DNA of 64,000 nucleotides from Plasmodiophora brassicae (Eukaryota): NCBI GenBank assembly GCA_036867785.1, contig CP145417.1, positions 372,001 to 436,000 of the forward strand, read 5' to 3'. Shown piece by piece: positions 56,785 to 64,000 of this stretch (position 1 is its first letter; each line of letters starts with the position of its first letter). The notes under the pieces were generated by a model. It saw only the letters and a program-made list of their open reading frames with translations, ran no database searches and was not told where the DNA came from. The position numbers and the translations under genes were made by a program.

Positions 56785-59700
56785 ATGGGTTTGAAGATCG
56801 CCGCGTGGCCACCTGGACCCAATTGGCACGTTCGGCAGCCTGGGCCTGAGTAGTGCAGTCACTGTACCGAGCGGGGCTGGCTGGACGACGACCGTGCTGG
56901 CAATCGACAACGTTGTGAGCCGCATCACGCTCAGCGATGGCGTCGTCGGCGGCGACTGATGTAGGAGCAGCGAATCGTGTCCGGTGCAGCGTGCCAATCA
57001 GGTGGTGCCGTCTAGTTCCAGGGCTGCCTCCAGCAACTAGCGACAGCCGAGATCGGCTACGTCCAATGCGTCCTGCAGTCGGGCGCGTTCCTGTACCAAG
57101 GGTGGCCGATCCGTCAGCTCAGCCTTGTTCAGGTCCGTCCCGTCCTGCATGATGACGCGGGTCGCTGCCTAACCTGCCCGATAGCTATCAGAGCTGCAGC
57201 GGAACGCGTCCTCGGCCACAGGATACTCGTTCACGTGCCCAACCGATCCCAGCTCCCCGAGTTCGGCCTGCTGTACGGCGGCCCATAACGCGCAGCAGTG
57301 TCAGCTGACACAGCAAAGTACGATGCCAGCACGAACGCGGGGCGCGTTCGTCGTTGGCCTCACTGACGGCGCCGGTTCGTTCAGGTTCGCAGATGTACTA
57401 CCTGAATAACTGCAAGAGCATGATGGATCAGGTCATATGGAGCACCTACGACTGCGAGTCGGTGGACGCATCCGACGCGGTCGCCATCACCATCGGCGTC
57501 GTCGCCGTCTGCCTGATCGTCGCCCTGCGAATATGTGTCAGCCATCCCACGCTGACACGTCGATGGATTCGCCAGCTGTGGGCCCTGCTCGAGAAGAACT
57601 GGTGCAAACTGATGCCAAACGGCGTTATCGTGTGGTGAGACACTAACTGCAGCGGAAGGTACATCTGGAAGAACACGCTCTGGTCGACAGTGAAAGGCAT
57701 GGTCTTCTCGCTGGCGCTACTGTCGACGCTACTCGTCATCATCTCGTTCACAGGCATCCAGAAACAGTACCCGAATGCGACGTTCCGATACAGGGGCGCT
57801 GGTTTGCTGAGCACTCCCCGTGTTGCTCAGGGTTGTCCATCTGCCTCTCGGGGTCGAACTCGAGTTTGTGGGTCCAGATCAGACGCGAACCACATTGCTG
57901 TCGAACCTTCGCGCCGTCGGTGGCCTCATGCTCCTGGTATCGCTCACGTATCAAATCGCAGACGTCGTCATTGCTATCGTCCTCGAGAAGGAGCGCCACA
58001 TTCGAGAAGCGTTACGCGTCACTGGCGTGAAGGATTTCCTCCTCTACCTGTCTTGGTACGCGGGCATGGCCATGTTCCGTTCGCGATATTCATGACATGG
58101 CAGGTCGGTGTCATACCTGTTCGCCTTCCTGCCGATCAGTGTCGCGATCGCGCTGCTGACGAACCTGGGCGGCGTGTTCCCGACCGAACGCGTCTCATTG
58201 CTGACCATGTTCTTCGTCGCGTTCCTGTCGGCCATGGTCTCGCTCTGCATGGCCATGTCGGCCTTCTTCAGCGCGACACGCCCGGCCGTCATCGGCACGC
58301 TCGTGATCGTCTACCTGATGAACTTCATCGCTGTCCTGGCCCACGGCACAAGTGGCCAAAGTCGGGTCGCGCGCCGCCGCAACGGTCCCGGGAATGACCC
58401 TGACCGAATGCCTCACAGCTGCCATCTGCCTGCTGCCACCGTCGTGCCTGGTCGTTGCCATGAACGAGGCCTTCGCCGACGCTGCCAACGGGATCGGGTT
58501 CCACCGCTCCTACATGCTGTACCAGAACCCGGACACGAACGCGCCGTTCTCCACGACCATTCCCATGCTCGTGTTCGACGCGTTCCTGTTCAGCGTCCTG
58601 GTACGATCGTGTCCAACCGGCGGCGGCGGCGCCCGCTTGGTTCGCCTGTGCTTACCGCTGTGTCCAGGCCTGGTACCTCGACAATGTGCTGCCGCAGAAG
58701 GTGGGGACGAGGAAGCCCTGGCATTTCCCGTTCCACAAATCGTACTGGCGCCCTGAGTTGCCGAAGGACGTGCCGGTGCCGCACCCGGTCGCCGTAAGCT
58801 GATCCTGCAACGGATCCTGACACGCGTCGCCTGACGTAACGGGCGGTGCGGCAGGACGTCGGGGACAGGAAATCGAAGCGGCGCTCGGAGCAGCGCATCT
58901 CGATCAGAGGCGCGCTGAACATCTCGATGCAAGGCGGGTCGCAGGCGAACAGCCTGCGGCGCACCAGCCGGATCGAGGCGGTCGACGTCGACCTCGAGCA
59001 GCTGTCTCGCAGCAACCGGTTGGCCCCCCTTTGGACGACGATGTGGGCCGAAGCTGTTGAATGACCGGTCGGCCAGGTGCATCCAAATCCAAGGGCTGAC
59101 GCGACGCTTCCGGGTGCCCGGCATGGCCCAGGACCGCGTCGCCGTCGACAACCTGAACCTAACGCTCTACGAGGGCCACATCACGTCGCTGCTGGGGCAT
59201 AATGGCGCCGGGAAGTCCACGCTGATCGGCATGCTGTGCGGCGTCGTCGAACCGACGTCGGGGGACGCGCGCGTCTTCGGCCGGTCGCTTCGTGCCGATA
59301 TCCAGCGCATCCGGGAATCGCTGGGCATGTGCCCCCAGCACGACATCGTGTACGAGGAGCTGACGACCTACGAGAACCTTCGTCAGTGGCGTACTGGTCT
59401 GCGACCCCGTTGTCCCTGTGTTGACGGTCGCGCGGCAGGCCTGTTCGCCATGCTGAAAGGCGTGCACGTGGCGAAGATCGGCGCGGAGATCCTGTCCCTG
59501 GCCGGGTCGCTGGGCCTGCTCCCCAAGCTGTACGAGCGCGTCTCGACGCTGTCGGGCGGCCAGAAACGAAAGCTCTGCGTTGCCATCGCGCTGATCGGCG
59601 GGTCCCGCGTCGTCTTCCTCGACGAGGTGTGTTCCTGGGAGGGTTCCGGTCCCGCGACGCCAGCGAACTGAACAACGCCCCACAGCCGACCGCGGGCATG

Positions 59701-62700
59701 GACCCGAGCAGCCGCCGGCTGACATGGGACGTCCTGCTCGACCAGCGCAAGGGGCGCGTCATCGTCCTGACGACCCATTTCATGGACGAAAGCGATATCC
59801 TCAGTACGGTTTCGTCTCTCGTCGATGCCGCGTCGGCTGAACGGTTCGTGTGTGTCCAGGCGATCGAATCGCGATCATCTCCGACGGCGCCCTGTGCTGC
59901 GTCGGGTCGTCCCTGTTCCTGAAGACGCTCTACGGCAAGGGATACGTCCTGACCGTGTCGTCGTCATCGGCCTCGTCCATCGAGTACGTTCGGTCGTTGG
60001 TCAAGGACAAGGCAGGCGACTGGGGCAGCTGCGCCCATCTTCGACGAGGATCGCTGACCGCCTCCCCTCGTGTGTTAGGTCCCCGGGTCGTCGCCGCAGA
60101 CGACCATGAACGCGACGGACGCGTCGTTCACGTTGCCATTGCAGCACGTCAGGAAGTTCCCCGACCTGTTCCGCACGCTGGAGGCGCTCGGCGACGTCGA
60201 CTTTGGCATCTCAGTCACGACGCTGGAGGAGGTTTGTATTGGCGTCGTTGTCGCAACCTTCTGCCGCCGATGACGACATCGTGGCGAAGGTGTTCCTAAC
60301 GGTGGCGGCCAGTCGGGACGCGGTACCCGCCGCCGTCGAGATCGCCATCAACGACGAACCGAATGCGGTGAACCCGGACGCGCCTCAGCATCGTCGGCGA
60401 CGATCGAGGAACGTGTCGATGGACCCCGAGAGAGGCGTGCAACCGGCGTCGGCGCGTCGTCCAACAGCAGCCGATAGCCAGAGGGCGCACCGTCGTGGAG
60501 GTCAGCGATCGGGTATCGCTCGGGCAGGGCCGTCCACCCCTGCTGAACGAGTCGCTGCGCCAGGGTGCCTGCCTATCGTCCTGGCGCAGATGGTCGTCAA
60601 ACGCTGGTGGCTGGCGCGACGCGACATCCGCCACCTGCTGTTCCTCGTCGTCCTCCCGCTGTCGTTCCTCGTGGTTCCCCTCGTCATCCCCGAAATCAGC
60701 GTAGGTTGCCCTGGAGTGCGATTCAGCGCGTCGCCTTCGAGGGCGCTGAACGCGGTGCGGTCAGATCACGCCCCTGCTTCGTAGCAGTGCTGGCGTGTAC
60801 CCGCAACCACCGGCACCCGGCGACCAGTGTGCCAGCAAGCTGGACAAGCAGAACCTGAATGCCGTCCAGGAGAAAGGGTGCACGACGTTCCAGGTCGGAT
60901 CAGCGATCGATCACGCGATGCACGTTCGCCTAACGTCGCGCGAGCAGTCGTGCACCACCGTTGACCAGAAGACGGGCAACGTGTTCCAGACGACGCCGCA
61001 GAAGGTGCCGCTCGTATACATGTCACGCGAGGACGGGTGCCTGTCGCACGGCGTCATGGGGTTCTGCCGGTACATCCCCTGGATCTGCCACACAGTACGA
61101 TCCTGGCCGCGCCTCAGTCATCGGCCTGGGCCTGACTCCTGCTGCCAGGACGTCTGCTGCGACTGGACGAATTACAAGTCGCCCTGGTACCCGTGCCAGA
61201 CATACGTCATGTTCAACGGCGTCTGGGGTTCGACCTGGCGTCCGCAACCGCAACACGTACCTCGTTTATGACAGCACGTCGTCTGACAGGGTACGGCGAC
61301 ACGAACGCCAACTGGAACGTGTACTGCCCGAAGCGGTCCTACGCTGTCGTTGAGGGCCTCGTCAACGGGTTCATACGCTCGCTGGCCATCCTGATGGCGT
61401 TCATCTTCGCCCCCGCAGGTCGGGTTCCAATGGCAGACGCCCGTGCCGCGCTGCGCCTGAGACGATTGGGCAGTGATCATCGCACACGCGGTCATGGAGA
61501 CGGAACCGATGAGGAACACCAAGTTCCAGCAGCTGGTCAGCGGTGTCAAAGCGTCCGTCTACTGGGTCGGCGCCTGGATCTGGGACCAGTCGTCCGCATT
61601 GAGTACGCCTCACACGTCGCCTCGCACACCTCGTCCGCCGCGCTGACGCTCGACTCGCCAACCCAGTCTGTGTGGCGTTCGCCAGCATCCTGTTGACCAA
61701 GTACGCGGCGCCGATCAACGAGACCGCCTACGGCCCGGCCATATGGCTGTGCCTGGCGTTCGCCGTCTGCTGCGTCCCGTTCGCGTACGCCCTATCGTTC
61801 CGGTTCCGCGTGTCGTCCAAGGCATTGACCGTCATGCTCGTCATCAACATCGTCACTGGCGGCGGCCTGGGTCCGTCTCCCCCCACGTGTCGTGTTTGCG
61901 AACGCGCTGACCGATTGCCTCCCCCAGGCATCATCATGTACATCCTGCGGACGGTCGTCATCAACCTGCCAGGCGGGATCACGTCGACGACCCTGGCCTA
62001 CTACCTGCGGTTCGCGTTGATGGTGTTCCCGTCGTTCGCGCTGATGGACGGCCTGCTCGTGCTCCAGATCCAGGTGGGGCGCGCGCGTATCTCTCGTCCA
62101 CCGCCCCCATGCGCTGACAACAACGCCCAGTTGTACACCGTCTGCATCGCCGATGCATCGGACAGCTGTTCGGGTCGCCTGCCGTCACCATACGGCACCG
62201 TCTGGCAGAACATCGTCTACCTCGGTATGGACCAGGTCTGTGCCGGCGTCGTCGTCCTCCCTGAACGCGCCCTTGCAGTTGTCGTCACCGTCCTCAGCTT
62301 CGTCGTCTTGATACGCAGCGAGAAGCGTCGGCTGTTCGCCGACGAAGAGCAGACGCCCGGGTCCTGGCGCATGCGCCTGTACAGGTTCGTCTGTTCGGCG
62401 GACGCGCCCGCCGAGGACGCCGGCAGGAGCGTCGCCCCTGTCGAGGACCAGGACGTCGCCAAGGAGCGGGAGCGGATGGAGTACGCGCTGAGACAGCCGA
62501 CCGACCCGCTGGAGATCCTGGGCCTCTGCAAGATCTACGAGAGCAGGACGACGGGTGCGAGTCGGGTCGCCCTGCACCCGTTGTGGCTGGGCGTGCCCGC
62601 CGGGCAATGCTTCGGGTACCTGGGCGTGAACGGCGCCGGGAAATCGACGACGCTGAAGTGCCTGACCGGGTTCCTGCCGCCGACGTCCGGCACCGCTCGT

Positions 62701-64000
62701 ATCGCCGGGCGCGACATCGTCGCCGACATCTACGGCGCCAGGAAACGTGCCGCGTACTGCCCACAGTTCGACGCCCTGTTCGACGTCCTCACCGTCGAAC
62801 AGCACCTCACGTACGTACGACGACAACGCATGGGCGCGTGAGACGTGCTGACCCGCGCGCGCGCGCCCCCAGGATGTACTGTCGGATTCGAGGCGTGCCG
62901 ACGAAGGTGGTCGACACGATCATCAGGCAGATGCAGCTGGACCTGTTCCGGAACGTGCCCTCACAGTACCTGTCGGGTGGGAACAAACGCAAACTGTCGG
63001 CCGCCATGGCGCTGGTCGGCACGCCCCGCGTCGTCTTCCTCGGTAGGCGTCGTTCGTCGTCGTCCCCGGTATCCGGGAGCGAACGGATCTGAGGCGCCGC
63101 CCGCAGACGAACCTTCGACGGGGATGGACCCGCACACGAAACGGTTCCTGTGGCGCGTCATCTCAGGGGTCGTGCAGGCATCGCGAACGTGCGTTGTGCT
63201 GACAACGGTCCTGGGTGCCCGGATGGAAACTGGATGGGACGCTCTGAACGACTGACGTGGGGGCCCCTGTAGCATTCGATGGAGGAGTGCGAGGCGTTGT
63301 GCTCGCGCGTCGCTATCCTGATCGACGGGTCGTTGCGCTGCATTGGGCCGATTCAGCACCTGAAGTCAAGGTGACGTCGTCGAGCGCAGTCGGCCCACAG
63401 GGCGTTCAGCAATGCTGACGAGCGGATGTCGTCAGGTTCGGCAGCGGGTACACGATCGAGGTGCGCACGAAGCCGGTGACGGTGGAGATGGTCAATGAGG
63501 CCAGAGCGAAGATCGGCGCGTTCGCCGTCGTGAACCGGGAGACGCTCGCACAGGTCTGCGAAGGCTTGGCCGATCCTGCGCTGACAAAACTGGCATCGTC
63601 AAGGTCGCAGCAGACGCTCCTTGGCCTGGACTTGGGCGACGTTCCTATTCAGGTGACCCGTCGTTGCTGAACGTCATCGGGGACGGGATCGCTAACAGCG
63701 GCCTGGCCAGGTGTTCATCAAGTGGTGGCTCCAGGAGAAGCTCTGCATGTCGGTGATGAACCAGGTGCTGAAGGGCCTGAAGGACTGCACGTTGAAGAGC
63801 CGCCATGGGCATCACCTGGTGTTCCAGGTAGGGGACCGACAGGGCTCTGTTCGCGTGGCGGTCGCGCTGAATGACGAGTTGCCGTCGGCAGGTGCCGATG
63901 CAATCGACGTTGCTGTCCGACATGTTCACGTTCATGGAGAGCATCACGTCGTGCTTCGAGCACTACTCGATCTCGCAGACGACCTTGGAGGAGATCTTCA
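56785..64000 (+). CDS. ABC transporter subfamily A (full-size, two NBDs), many introns, continues past window end
   Basis: [115 protein letters not shown]. Confidence 0.95.

Overview
Gene-dense eukaryotic DNA of roughly 60% GC (by eye) with many short (~50-70 nt) GT-AG introns. Flagellar/microtubule genes (DRC2, TEX9, ATAT1) and several signal-peptide-bearing enzymes suggest a zoosporic parasitic protist; a plasmodiophorid such as Plasmodiophora is my inference, not verified. The flanks (1-24 kb and 42-64 kb) hold recognisable genes: MscS, DRC2, H2B, ADH, two RING proteins, PP2C, U2SURP, thiolase, EF-hand/WD40, kinase, HRD1, GTP-PEPCK, THUMP methyltransferase, ATAT1, MgtA-type ATPase, TAF4, ankyrin, TEX9 and ABCA. 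The central ~17.5 kb (24.1-41.7 kb) has no intact housekeeping gene. It carries four co-oriented, intronless paralogs of ~620-650 aa with the architecture signal peptide / two U-box-like domains / Ser-rich linker / two copies of an unrecognised ~140-aa Trp-rich domain / basic NLS-like motifs. This is a candidate family of secreted, host-nucleus-targeted E3 ubiquitin ligase effectors. Between the paralogs lie decayed fragments of other genes (EF-hand gene, GCP4, PEPCK) and an intact Ulp1/SENP-type protease domain bracketed by two different fold-back inverted repeats. Outer coordinates of multi-exon genes were read by eye and are approximate.
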